From: Takakia lepidozioides
Taxonomy: Eukaryota; Plantae; Bryophyta
Direction: 5' to 3'
NCBI GenBank assembly: GCA_030704615.1
Contig: CM060732.1
Location: 67,146,001 to 67,210,000 of the forward strand
DNA: 64,000 nucleotides
Numbering within the stretch: position 1 is the first letter of the stretch; every line of letters starts with the position of its first letter. The notes under the pieces were generated by a model. It did no database searches. It saw only the letters and a program-made list of their open reading frames with translations, and had not been told where the DNA came from. Of this stretch, positions 1 to 13,672 are shown in pieces. The position numbers and the translations under genes are program-made.

Positions 1-555
1 TATATGGAACTGCTGAGGGAACCTTGGTGCATGTGAGGCCGGCAGCATGTACTAGGGATCCCACAGGCTTATGGGGAGGGCTTAGCTTTGCCGGTATACT
101 TAACAATGATATCAAGGTCTGTACACAATTTCTTCATGAATGCCTAATTTGTCCCGAGTCTAAATCCATGCAAGCTGACGGGTGCCGTTTACATCGCGTT
201 CCTAGGCTCTTCAATGCATCGATACTGAGTTTCGATTTGGATTGACCTCAAAATCTTAATCCAGCTGAGATTGCGTGTTGTACAATTATTTTCTGCCCAC
301 AGCTCTAGGAATAAGGAGTTGGCTAAACTCAGACGGGAGCTAATAACGATGGCTTTGGGTATACTTGCTGCAAGACTTATTTTGTAATGGGCATCGTCAT
401 GCCTAGAGGTTGTCTAACAGAAGCTGGTGTGTGCCTGACATTGTCTTACCTGACCATCTGTGCATCTGTAAGCTCCAATTTTGATTGACCACAACTCCAG
501 CTTTAAAGACTTCCCGAGTTGTACTTGCAGCCTTCTGCCCACAGCACGATATAGG

Positions 556-1372
556 GGGATGGCTCACCTCAGTAGTGGAATCGAGACCACCCTGCGAGAG
601 ATAATCCATACAAGGCAGGACATGGTGAGCAGAGGAAAAATCGATTATGGAAACGACCTACTGGGGCTCATGCTCTCAGAGTTGAGCCCTGCTGAAGCAA
701 GAAGACCAAAGTCCAGTTTGGCATGCAAGCATTGGTCGACAACTGCAGGACGTTCTACTTCGCTGGGCATGAGACCACCGCAACACTGTTGACGTGGACA
801 ATGATGTTGTTGGCAGAACATCAAGAGTGGCAAGAGCGTGCACGTGCTGAAGTGTTGAATGTCTGCCACGATGGGGCTCCTTTGGATGCAACCATGCTCA
901 GCAAGCTGAAAATTGTATGCATCTCCTCTCTCGTTGAACATGTAAGTGTTGAAAAAGAAAAGCGGTATGGCACTGCAGGAGGGATGTTCAACTGGTACCG
1001 GGACTTTTGTGTAAAAGTCTATAATGGGCTGCTGAGTTGCTTGTTTATTTTCGTCTGAAAAGTCGTTTGGGTCTTGCAGGTGGGCATGATACTGAACGAG
1101 ACATTGCGACTATTCCCGCCCCTCTCCTTCACGAGTAGGGAGGCAAAGAAGGACACCAAGCTCGGGGATCTCTTTATACCCAAGGGCGTGTGCTTGACAA
1201 TCCTCGTGCTGCCGCTCCACCGTGACCCTCAAATCTGGGGCGATGATGTCATGGAGTTTAATCCTGAGAGATTTGCAGATGGCATTGCCAAAGCATGCAC
1301 ACACCCTCAAGGATACTTACCTTTCGATCTTTTGGCCCACGAGTTTGTATCGGACAAGCGTTTGCTCTGATG
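556..1372 (+). pseudogene. Cytochrome P450 (CYP72 clan-like), 3' exons, frameshifted
   Basis: Motifs [35 protein letters not shown] and the heme motif [12 protein letters not shown] intron 915-1079. Frame changes near 715 and 1325, and the C-terminus is truncated. Confidence 0.85.
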
Positions 1373-4300
1373 GACTACAGGCATTGCCCAGAAATCCGCA
1401 TTGATGCCCAAACCCATGCATGGCTTACAGCTCATCCTGGAGAAAGTATGAAGCTCTCGACCCTTGACACCATTTCACCAACCCAGGAATGCCGGTCTTG
1501 CACATATTTACCAACCTAAACCAAAAGCTTTCACCAAAACTTTTTTTTGTTTTGTTTTTTCTTGAAGAAAAGTGAAACCGCATAGGCGGCATAGCTTTAT
1601 AAAAGACCCAAGTGGGGTGATTGTACAAATGGGTAAAACTGTCGCCAAGACGAAAAACAAAAGCTCGTAGAGCTAGATATATTGACAGAAAGAAAGAAAT
1701 CAAACTATTCTAGTATCACCTACTGCCTGAAGAAGGTCAGACAACAGGAAAGAGGATGGATCAGAGAATCTGGGACTACATCCTTCTAAAGCTTGCATGT
1801 TTTGTTTTATAGAATGTGATCTACACGCATGAGCCCAACAAAAAATGGGAAACAAGTGGATAGTCTCCTTTCGTGAATAGCGAGATCAATCATCCAAAAT
1901 GACATTACAAACTCATTATGTCACCTTGTCAATTTTCATCCTCTTCCATCCTGCACAGGCCGGCGCCGTTGCAGGTATGATGTATCGGCCTACGACGCCA
2001 CAGGCAACAACACCTTTCCACACCTTCCAATCTGCAAGCCACTGTCCTGACAAACGGTGTTTATGGCGATTTAGCACTGATACCACGAGTTATTTCAAAA
2101 CCAGACAGTCGATCAACCTGATCATGTGCATGCCTCCAACGATACCAACACTTCCAAGCTCCAAAGGACGCAAGGTGCTCATGGGGTTTGTTCCAGACCA
2201 TTGTCAATCTACCAGATGCTATCTGGTCTGTTAGATCCCGATATGCCAATTGATAACCATTCCTATTTAATACATTGTGAACTCATTGATCTTACCATCT
2301 TGTGATATCTATTGACGGTCTCATACAGGAAGCCACAAGACAGAGCTGGAGGGGAGCTGGATAGTCTACCATGTGTAGATTTGATGTAAGAGACATGTAT
2401 ATGTCTATTCATGCGTTTATAAATATGTCTTTTCTTCTGAAGAGATCAGGCTCAGGTTTTGCCTTGAATTAGTTAATTTGGACTCTCGAGTCGTGCTCAA
2501 GGTCAGATCATTCAGTTTGATAGCTAGTGCACTCAAACGATGTTTTAGTCCTCAGTGCATGCCCTATTTTATTATGAGGAGCTCAAGTCTCGTCTATTTG
2601 GTTGTTCTTGAAAAACTTTTTCGCCCTCTCAAGTCTATTCAGGCGAGGGGTTTTCTGGTCAAACTAGAGCTCTGTGTAAGGGACAATTGGAACTAGGACT
2701 CGCAGTTCCTGAGAAACTGATTTTCTTTTTGACACCCAAGTTGCTTTCTGAAGAGTCTCTACATCTTCAAAAGGATTAAGGATTACATAGATGAAGCCAG
2801 GAAGAGTCACATGCTGGAAAGGCAACGACCAAGGGGGGTGGTTCCGCAGCCCAATCTCACACAATATGCTAGGCATGGTGCTGTAGTTGTGTACAACATT
2901 CAAATAAAGAGAGGTATGGCCAAGAAGTGGTGGGAAGCTGCCCAGGGGATGTGCATCCTGAATGTGTGGTGGTTGCAGTGAAAGATGTTGACAACATCGG
3001 TTCTATCATGAGAGATGACTTCATGGAATGCGTTGAAGGTGCTCCTTACACAGATGCCGTCGCCTTGCAGACACAGTCCCCAAAGTTGAACCCATTTCAA
3101 TGGGATCACAAGCAACGCGTTCGCAGTACGTAAGTACCTGTATCGCTACACTGCATCTGCAGAGATACACACTAGTGTATATAACTGCCGTCGTACCGGC
3201 TCTTTCCTTTCTCGCCTTCCTCCTAGTTTTTCTCTGGGTATTGGTTAGTACGAAGCCGATGTGCAGAGAAGCTCAGATCCACACCCACTTATGAATCACA
3301 AGTGACATTGAAACGGCCCACACACTCAATTCAAACTTTTCTTGCAAGGTTTGATCGAGCTTAGAAACGAACAATATATCCACATCTTGATCTGATCTGT
3401 TCTGTAAGACTATAATCTGCCCGCTACTGCTTCGTGCTGGGAAGAAGAATGGCAGTAGAAAATTGAATCCGAGACTAAGAGACACAACGGTACACGGACT
3501 TGCAGGAGAGAAATAGAGGGACAGAGATTTTAAAGAGGTGAATAGTACAGGAATGACAACTGGAAAAGAAAAGGGCGGTAGGGGGCGACAGGAGCGGTGA
3601 CCAGTGAGTAGTAAGCACTCCAAGATGAAGCACTGGAACCCAGTCATTCACTCTCTCCGCAGCTGTGTGTTTGTAAGACCTTCGTTGCTTCCATGGTTTA
3701 TGGACGCCATTATTTGTTGCTTGTTCTCTGCTGAAGTGGTGGACCTCATCGGTTTCTTCCCTATGATGAAGGTGGAAGTTGTTGTGTGATACTGTAGTGT
3801 GAAATCTCATAAAGGGGAGAGTGATACCCATTTGGGATCTGCAGTCTTGTTACTGTTCAAGAGAAAACTGGAGAAGTTGGGCCATGCTTTTCCCCTATTA
3901 ATCCAGGCAAGGGAGAGGTGATCTATGCAGCAGAATACATTCACTTCTATGGAACAGGAATGTAATAGACGATCATCTCCTCTTGTAACACGATCCAAGT
4001 TGAGGGTGAGGGCACTTATACCCAATAGTAAAGAGAATACAACTTGGGTCCAAACTACAAACACAATTTGAAATTACATGTTTAGCCACACAGTTTTTCA
4101 GTTAAAGAAGGCACTCATATCCAAAACTCTTTTGAGATGTTTCCTAAGAACTATGGTGCATTACAAACGAAAAACAGCCAGAGTCAGACAAATGTCCAAT
4201 GCAAAATCAATGTCCTTGTACTGAGACTGGGAAGCCTCCTTGACACAAAAGATAAGATAGCACACGGAAGTGTGCTGTCCACTAAGCCTTGCCCTACTGG

Positions 4301-5251
4301 TTTGCCACCAATCTCTTCATTTTTCTATTCACCTCAGGACATCCATAAATAATTCTGTTCTTTCTTGCAAATGAAGAATGTTGCTAATTTCCAATTTTGA
4401 AGAATTCAATTTTTTCAATGGAAACCCGTGTCTTTGAAGCCTACTTTAGACCTATGCTATCATACAATCGCATTTTGCCTTACAAGGAAAGGCAAAGAAC
4501 TTTGATCTGCACCACAATACGGTTGAAGCGTCAGCTCTCCTTTTTCCTGCTCGCTACCTACGTGGACTCATTCCTTTCTCTGTCCCCTCCTTCATTCCCT
4601 CACAAGAAACTCTGTTTGAGCCACACCTTGGAAGCTTCTAGCCACAGAGATTCCTTCCCACCCTCTTCCACTTCTCCATCCCCATCTCCCTAAAAAGGGG
4701 GTTCACACATACACACACTTGAGTTTGCTTACCCTCTTGCCCACTCTTGAATTCCACCAATCTCTTCAGCCAGAAAATGTTAAACTGATGCACACCTGGC
4801 AGACCCCTTCTGCAAGGGCCTCCTGTATCCAAGGCTTTGCCTGTTGACCAACTTTGTGCAGTCTGACTGCAGCTCAGCATCTGGACAATCATGAACCAGG
4901 AGAATGTCCAGTTAGATGAGCTTTGAAAAAATCTGAGTAAAAAACTAAAATATGTCAGATTAGTATCCGAAAAAGGGCATTTGCGAAGTTCAAATATACA
5001 AATGTCAAACCAGTGGGGCTGGGACATGCACGGATCCACAACTCATCAGTGGAGAATAGAAAGGAAAAAACCATGTTCAGCAACTTGGAGGCATCTTGGC
5101 TACTGCCTCCTGTTAAAAGGGTGGGCTAACTTGCACACCAACTTCCACTACGACCTGGTGAGCTTTTCCTTAAGATCACCAGGATAACCCAAAATAGGGA
5201 ACATCCTGAAACTTTCTTTCGATGATAATGGCGGAGAGGGGAAAACTGACC

Positions 5252-6805
5252 TCATTCTACCTTGACATTCTTCTGGGAGGACTCTTCTGCACCAAGTTCT
5301 TGTGATGAGGCATACTTCTTGATTCGCCATGAAATCAGCAAGCTTGAAAAGATGCCAACCACTGGAAAGATATAAGACAGCACCCCAGATTTGCCCTTGG
5401 TTGGTTCAGCTCCAACTTGCGTCGCAGCACTGGTTAGTGTTCCAATTGAAGTGTTTTGAAGAATCATGGGAATGCCCCCAGCAAGTGTGGGGAGCAGAAA
5501 GTCCTTGAAGAAAGCCACGTCCGTTGCAGCCAGAGCATAGTTTATGACATATGATGGGACTGGGGAAAATCGGGCCAGTAAGACAAACTTCCAGCCATCC
5601 TGAGCTACACCTTTGTTTATCACATTGAAGTACTTATTTTGTTTTACCACATTGCTGGCCCAGGTTGAGCTCCAAAACAACGCCCTGCAAGTCCATCGAC
5701 GGTCACCAAATTGGTTAATGTGAAAGAGATCACTCAATAAAAGGTCAACAGGAAAGCAAAGCCTGAGCAACAAAACAGTGGACTATTGTGAGAGCACGTT
5801 CTCTGACACTAGAATACTCGAGAAGTGTGGTCGGTCAAGAAGTGCATCTCTCTCTTTTAGAGTGACACAGACAATGCAATCACAGTCAATGTCATATGTG
5901 TGTACACAGCCAGAATTTTGTTGACTGTCCAAACGGAAAATGGAGCCGGCACCTGATGGGTGAAATTGCACAATCAACTCCTGGAGGATTCTTTACTGTA
6001 GGAGTGGTCTATTTCTTAGAAGTTCAAAAGAAATCCCAGAAAGTTAACACTCAACACACTGATATCTACAGGCTTAGAATTGCAAGCCAATTACAAACAG
6101 GGTGTCGAATGTTTCAATGTCGAGCCAGACAGGAAGTGGGGCAGTAAAGACCAACTCCCTAGACTGTGCTTGCACAAGCAGGAGGAGGCATACCCGCCCC
6201 TCATTCCTGGACAAACAGTGGGTATGGCAATTCCCCTCATGACAATGCTCACACAGGATATCAATCCTTTCTGAGCCCATCTTGGTGTTGTGACCCACCC
6301 GGATGTTCCACTCAGCCGCCCAAGCTTAGCCCACGCAACAACAATCCGGTAATGGTCTATAAGGAGTGTTGGTGTAAGGCGGAATTGACACTATCCTAGG
6401 ATAACTACTCTCGATTCCCGTACAGCTAACATAACCTAAGAAAATGTGTCTGCAGAAAGGGGGGGGGAGTAGAAGAGAAATCTGTATAACTTACCGGCCA
6501 AGCCAAAATGCAAGCGAGGCTCCCATGACTTTGGCTGAGAACACGCACACAACACCATCAAAAAACCCAAAGAGAAATCCTGCTGCGGCCTCGAAGACAA
6601 TGGCATACGGAAAGCAAAGAGCTATGGCCACCGTGTGCACACCCACGAACACCGGCATAGCCCAGACACCCAATCTTTTGGAAATAATCTGGAACTCGTC
6701 CACCATTGCTTGCCGATCCCCTCCATACAGTTTTGATATTGCCAAGTAAATGAACCCTGTTATTGCCAGTATTCCCAGAAGCCCCAGTCGAGCTGCGCTT
6801 GTCAT
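5252..6805 (-). CDS. SNARE-associated Golgi protein (TVP38/TMEM64, DedA-like family); exons 6805-6495 and 5684-5252
   Basis: Family motifs FEAAAGFLFG...GASLAFWLGR and LLARFSPVPSYVINYAL. Phase-compatible GT (6494) / AG (5685) intron and no disruptions. Confidence 0.9.
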
Positions 6806-9750
6806 TTCTAGGGTTTGAAAACTGCTGCAAGATAGACCTTCGACGTCTCGGTTCCCCAAGTCGTAATTTGGAGAACCTTCCGCTAAACACAAACTCTCGT
6901 CTCAATCGAACTCTGCTACCAATGTCCACATTCGCCTCAATGTGCCTCCAACTCAATCTCTCATCCCGTCTCGATCTAGTTCATTCCGTCTGCATCTTCC
7001 TCTAACTTTCTCTATGAATCGTGATTTTGCCTTGATCCAAATCCACCCCGATCCTCTAACCCTTACCAATCCCTGCTTCTGATTAGTCCAGCTCTGGGTG
7101 CGACATTCGTAAATCTTCGATTGCGATAAGACAAAACAACCGTCTGGAATTCCACCACTCCCAACTTTGCCTGCAACGGCTGATCCAACCCAAATACAGC
7201 CCTATTTACCGAACATCCACAAACAGGTAGCCCAAAAGCACGAAACCAAATAGAATCCCACACAATCCGTCAGATCACCACCACGGATATCCAAAACACA
7301 CAGACTCCCGATTCCAGGACAAATCAATCAACCCAGAAACTAAAAATCGTGAAAGAGAAGCTTTTGCTTTAAAAAAACATCCAGCAGGAAAACGCGTACC
7401 ACCAATATGTCAAATCCTCTCCAACGATCATCAGGCAATGAGATACTTCCTCGATCAATAACTGAAAGAGAAGCTTCTACTCAAAAGCCTTCCAGCCACG
7501 AAAATGCACACGGCCCAACCTGCCAAATCCCTCTACAAAGATCGTCGAACCTCTAAAAGCAACAAACACAGAGATCCCTCGATCTGCACAGAGATGCAGA
7601 TTCTCTTCAAAGGTGAAAAAACAAGTCTTCTTAGGCAAAAATACGAACGCCCGAGTACGTACGTAAGTTACTATTTACCATCGTAGAAAGTCGCTGACAA
7701 GTCGCTAGCTAGCTGACACTGGATCTACTAGTAGATTGAGGAAGAAATAGTGAGGCCAAGCTGTAGTCTTTGTCTGCCACGCACCCGCCATTCTGGTGGG
7801 TGCGGGGCAGGCCAGCCCGGAGGCGAGCTGCCGCCCGACCCACCGAAATGGCAGGCCCATTGTGATTGGCTCTAGACTCTAAACAGAGGCGGATCTGACG
7901 TGTTTCAACGGTCTAGATCGCGTCTGGGGAGGAAGATAAAACAAGCAATGAGGGTGGGACACGTCCGTCATCCTTGACGGCGATCTTACGTCCGTAAAAA
8001 CCTGACCTAATTTTTCCTTTGTAAAAGTGGGCACTTCCCCCCACCCCAGGAAATCTGCCCACGGCCCCGGACAGGTGTCAGACATCTACACATGGATCCG
8101 ACACAAGGTGAAATCCTGGCCCTTGGTATGTGGGACCCTGTCCTCAGGCTCCGCCCACGTGGCAGGTGCCTCAAATCCAGGAATGTCCTGGGCAGGACCT
8201 CACGTCTTATTAATTCAAGGCTTATTTTTCTTCGCTCCTTCATCCGGGAGGCTGTTCATTTCATCCGAATGCTTGTACTTGAAGTGAGGTAATGTAGGAT
8301 GGGCAGCTCTTTCTACCTCCAGACCCCGTACCTTGTTTTTTAACGTCGTGAACTTGTAGGGCGGCCCTTCCACCACCCTTCACCGGCCTACAAAACCAAG
8401 AACCTTCATGGCCCACCCCCCAAAATGGTCCCTTACAATTTCATAAGACCCTACCTGTCTTTATCAGTGTTGAACGGCTAACCACTTGGACCCCGGTCAA
8501 TCGTAGGTTCTGGTTATAAAGAACCAGACCAGGAAACAGAACCGGCCAATAGAGATCAGCGTAGAACCCGCACACACGTGTGAGAATCTGCGACCTACGA
8601 CCATTGGGAATCAATCCTTATCAAGTTATTGCTATTGAGATTTACTGACAAGAGTGCAATAATAGTTACAGTTAACAATAGAGATATGCCTCAATTAGCT
8701 AAAATTAGCTTAAGTTATTAGTGACTCAGTTAGATTACCAGAATAGCAGTTGATATAACTCAAGCTAGCATCCAGTTATCTCAACTATTCATGGAATAGA
8801 CTTTTAGTATATTAAGAATACATATGAAACGGAATGTAAGTTCTATGTAGTTTTAACGAGTTAGACTACACCATCATCATGTTCAACTTAGCTTTGAAAT
8901 AATATGATTTCAAAATCCACGGTGTTGTAGGTTGACTACAAGATTTGAGTTCTACAAAAGTGGATAAACACCAAAGAGTCACATATGATCAAGCATTTTA
9001 TTCCTTCCTTGACAAAGCACCAAACAAAACGTGGTAGTAGACCCATTCGATATTGATTTCCACTAAATACTCTCTCTTACATACTCTAAAACACCTATAT
9101 TACCCTTCATTCCAAGCTTAGAAATCCATGGAAGGTGAAGCACCATTACCTGTGACTGTCCCAAAAACAACCACATCATGAATGTATGTTACTAAGGATA
9201 TGTTATAAGGTGAATAGCAGCCATTCACGCGTGCTATAACTTTCCAACATGCACTCCAAAGTGAGTATAAGTATTTTAGCGCTAGAACAAGTGAGTGCAA
9301 CAATAAAACACCTGGTAAGTTTGAGACAGACTGGGTGTTGCCATCATAGGCATTCGTTTACACACAAGAAAAAATGTAAGAGTTAGGTGAAAGCAAAGTA
9401 TCACTTCATGTTTGAGATACCAAGGGAGACCTATAACTTCCATATAAGACAGGAGCCGCGAGCTGCAATGTTCATTAAAGCTTGGCTATATTTAAACCTT
9501 GACAGCCCAATGGTTGTCAATCCGTTGATGGAGCTTCTTGAGGGAGCGCATGACGAGCCGTTTTGTTCGACAAACCCAATGTCATTCATATTACATAGTT
9601 TATTTAACAGTGTTGCACACGTCACATCTGTCACGTTAGGTCACAAAAGAACGTTTTGTAGCATCTTGGCAGTATTTACTCACGGTATGAGGCCATATTA
9701 TAACTGGAATAGGTATCTTTTGAATGATATATTGTGATGGCTGGGTGCAT

Positions 9751-11428
9751 TTATGAGTTTTGATAGTAATATGGGGGGCCAGGGCTGCCATCGTGGGGTA
9801 GCATATTTTGCATTTGTTTTGTTTTGATCATATCATAGCTAGATTTTTGTAACTGATATTCAATCTGCCCCAATTTTATGATTAGCAGGGGTTGTTTAAT
9901 GATGGCGTAGATTGCTGCAATTGGTATGTAATTGTAAAGCGCTGTGAATTGTATGATCATTAAAAAGGTTGCAATAGTACTTGGTTGTGTATTGTGAATT
10001 CTACATGGATTGCTGAATGTGGTACGTGGTCACAAGTGCATCAATGTTGTGTTTGTATATCTTGGCTGCCAAGTATATAGATATGTGATTGTTTTTGTAG
10101 AATAGAGATATGAGTTGATTGTCGTGGGGGGTTTTATGTGCAGGGTGCAGCATTTAACAACAAGGGTTGTAGCTGTTATGGGTGGGCAAGGTAGGTGTGT
10201 GAGAAAGGGTGTTGTATTAGTTATCCACATAGAGCCGTCTGTGTTGAATGGCTGTTGTAATTGGCAGTGAGGAGTGGGCACGGGCTTATGGTGGCACGAA
10301 GTATCCGGCGTAACCATAAGGGAGGGCAATAGCGTTTTGGGGTCATACTGATGCTGGTATAACAGGAGAAATTGAGTAGAGTTGTTTCATGTTCCAATAG
10401 GGCCGCATAATGACATTCTGTAGAGACAAGTATGTGACGGAAATAGCATTGGTGCAAAGATTTAGGAGTGGTGTGGGCAAATTTTACAGTAAAGCACGAC
10501 AGAAATTGAAATAAAACATATATGCTGTATGAGAGGCAGTATGAGCTGCATAGTCTGGCAACGTTGTTATGCAAAGTGCAATAAGAAGAAAAGCTTCATG
10601 TTTCAGTCATTAACCAGTCTCTTCCATGCAATGTTAGTAGATATGGTTTGGTTCAGGATTTCAACTAGTTGGAAAAACAACATATATACATGGGAGGTAG
10701 CAAAAGCTGCATTTTCTGGTAACTATATTATGCAGAGCACTATGAGAAGAGAACCTTCATGCTTTAGTCATTAAGTTGTATCTCCTTGCCAAGTTAGTAG
10801 GTATCGGCTGCTTCAGGAGTTCAACGATCATATGGTCGACTGATCAGAGCCCTAAGTGGGCATTGTATCAAGCTCAGTAAGTGGCGGAATGTAGTTAAAG
10901 AGAGCCTGAGGCTATGTGTGTGACATCGTGGATGTGGTCGATTCACCCGCTGCAATCTGGAGCCTCGATAAAGTGAAAGCAAGAAGTTTGGACATCATGG
11001 ATTAGTTGAACTGGGTTTGATATGATAACATATTGAGCGCAATTTCACCCGAAATAGTAGCCTTAAGAGTGGTCATGTATATTTTGGTTTGATCCTCAAT
11101 CCCGTGTACCGTGTACTTGTCTGATTGCAGACCTGAAATTAAAGGAATGAGTGCCCTATTGTCTAGGTCCAGCGGGATGCTACCAAGAGGAGTATTGACC
11201 GGTAGATTTAGGGAAGGAAGAAGATGTCTGCCTTGCTTTCCTCTTGAATTTTAAGAGCTCCAGCCTATACTTAGTATGCTTGTCCTCAATACAAGTCAAG
11301 AGATCTTGTTTAAGCTGAGCGAAGGTCGGGGTTGCATGGATCTGAATTGTTTCAACAGTATTTGCAAGTGTTTTGTTGATATCATCGATTTGAAGCCTCT
11401 GCAACGTTTCAAGTGCAATTGCAATCAA
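9751..11428 (-). pseudogene. Degenerate membrane-glycoprotein-like (env-like?) ORF remnant
   Basis: ORFs 10329-10030 and 9960-9751 share a frame separated by one stop: a Cys/Thr-rich segment, then hydrophobic IATFLMIIQFTALYNYIPIAAIYAII. An upstream piece has KRKAR. It lies downstream of a gypsy RNase H fragment on the same strand. Confidence 0.3.
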
Positions 11429-12261
11429 ACCATTGAGATTGCCGATATTGGTGGTCGCATATATTTAAAAATAAAAACAAATAATTTGACCGTCAATATT
11501 GGTAGTCGGAGTAGTTTACAAAAATTTCATTTTGAAGCCACAGTGCCTTTGACAATGCGTGGCGGATGTGGTGTCCATTGTTTTACAATAACTTATATTT
11601 TTTATGATATTTTGGTGAAACCGATGTGATGCGGATCGCGTCGGCTTCCAGACCTGCAAAAATGCAACTGTGTACAATCTGTAGCAAACAAGCCACATCT
11701 TCAGTTCATGAGAATGTATGTAGATATCACCCCCCCCCCTCAACATTTTTTTTAAAAACAAATGCATATGATCAATATAAGCGGTCGCTACATTTTATTT
11801 TATTTATAAATGCATACGACCGTCAAGTCACATCAATGTTTTTATTTTCTTAAATACTTACGACCGCCAATACTGAAATAAATCATGCATCAACATCAAT
11901 ATCAAGAAAGTTATTTATCCATATACTAGTATCATTGATTTTGACTAATTCATGAGCATTTGTTTCTAACATACTCCAAGATTATCATTTTGTTGATGTT
12001 TATTCTTTCGTCAAAGAGAGATATCATACCTAAAATATGACCTTAGTGACAGGATAGCACTCTAAACCAACCTCAACCAGCAGAAAATGAAAGCAAATCC
12101 CATTCAGACATGAGATCAGGTGGAAAAAAAGGAACAGTGGCAAACAAAGCAAGTAAATCGGATCCGTCAGGAGAGGAAGAAGGCAAGGGTGAAGCACTAG
12201 ATGGTAAGCAGTGTGCAAGGTCATCTAAGGTAACATAAGGGGCAGAGGACTTAGTCTCAGT

Positions 12262-12408
12262 GCGTGTGAGAGCATCGGTATTGCTGTTGGCTTTGCCTTT
12301 CTTGTACTCAATGTCGTACTCGAATATTTGAAGAGTAAGTGACCACCGAGCTAAGCGTCCCGAGAGTACTCGTGGGGTTTTGAGAGCCTTCAATGGAAGA
12401 TGATCAGT
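12262..12408 (-). mobile_element. Ty3/gypsy RNase H C-terminal fragment
   Basis: TDHLPL...GRLARWSLTLQIFEYDIEYKKGKANSNTDALTR matches the gypsy RNase H signature TDH...RW...Y..G..N..DALSR. Confidence 0.85.
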
Positions 12409-13026
12409 TTGAAAAAAAAAGGGCAGCCATGGAGATACTGCCAGAAATGAAGTTTGCTCTATGCACTTGAGTCTCAATAGGAGAGATGATCCAAGATTGA
12501 TTAAAAGTGATTAAAAGTGTTACTGTTCTGTTTGTATGCTTTTGCATTAAGATAACATCACTAATGCAGCAACAGTACTAATGCAGCAACAGTACTGTGA
12601 GGTTGAAACTTATATGTGAATTTTTATATTAATGAAATAGTTGATTCATGATTTATGTAAGCATCATGTCAGATCTTATGGTTGTCTTTTTAGACATATT
12701 GGCGGAAGACCACAGTATGTCCTGCAATATTAGTAGAAGTCATAGGATCAAATATTCAGCGCACATGTAGAAAAGAAATGAAGACGATGAAATCATTTTT
12801 TTATTTGTTGTAGAGCCGGTTACTGCTTACCTCCCTCTTGCCATGCTACCAAGCAGTGCATTAATGACAGAGTTGGCAAGGGCCCTTGGCTCATTCAAGT
12901 TAAGTGTACAAGACCTCCGGAAATTTTATGCAGATTGGCGGTGCAAATAAGACATTATAACATCAACGATGATCACCCATATGAAAAACGCCGACAATAA
13001 AAGTGTACGAAATGTTTCCGAGAGAG

Positions 13027-13659
13027 TGTCGCGGACATAGCCCAGAGGAACTTACCAGGAGTAAATACCAGAAGTTACCAAGTTACCATGTTATCCGAAG
13101 GTACCATGACTTACCGTGATTTACCATTATTTACCAAGTTACCGGGAGTTTACCAAAATTACCAAGAGTAACTTGAGAAACTACTCAGGAAGCTTCCTTT
13201 GGAGGAAACTTCTCCATCAAGATACCTCATTTGTTTAATGAAGCTTCTCAATCAATAAACCTTTGTTTAATCTTGGAAACTTCTCCAGCAAGAAACCTCC
13301 ATAGGGGAAGCTTCTTGGAGAAGCTTCTTAGTATCCAGTATATATAGGAGGCGAGACTGGACACTCTTCAGTCTCGCCAACACCAGTTCAAGCTACTCTT
13401 GTTTCCAGTCCCCAGTACTCCAGTCCGGTTCCCAGTACCCTAGCCTAGTTTCCAGTATCTGGTACTCTAGTCCAGTTTCCAGCATTCCAGTATTCAAATC
13501 GTGTTCCAATATCTTGTACCCTTGTTCATTGTTATAAAGATCGTCTTGATTCTTATTTACTCATTGTGCATACGGCCACGCCGACCTTGACTTCTTGCCT
13601 AGTCTTGTACCTCTAGTCTGATCTCTTGTTTGTGTTCAGTCATGTTCTCGTCCTTGACA
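13027..13659 (+). repeat. 5' LTR of chromovirus family
   Basis: TG...CA with TGTC/GACA inverted ends, TATATA at 13339-13346, and homology to 58399-58977. Confidence 0.92.
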
Positions 13660-13661
13660 GT

Positions 13662-13672
13662 TTGGCGAGACT
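13662..13672 (+). promoter_or_regulatory. Self-priming primer-binding site
   Basis: TTGGCGAGACT is the exact reverse complement of AGTCTCGCCAA at 13370-13380, about 30 nt after the start of the LTR TATA box. Confidence 0.8.

Noticed and set aside
2900-3831. Possible exons (2927-3130 + with a GTAAGT donor; 3475-3831 -)
   Set aside because: No recognisable motif or partner exons.
7786-8420. GC-rich segment resembling a transposon end (weakly like 40630-40810)
   Set aside because: No TIR partner or TSD could be defined.
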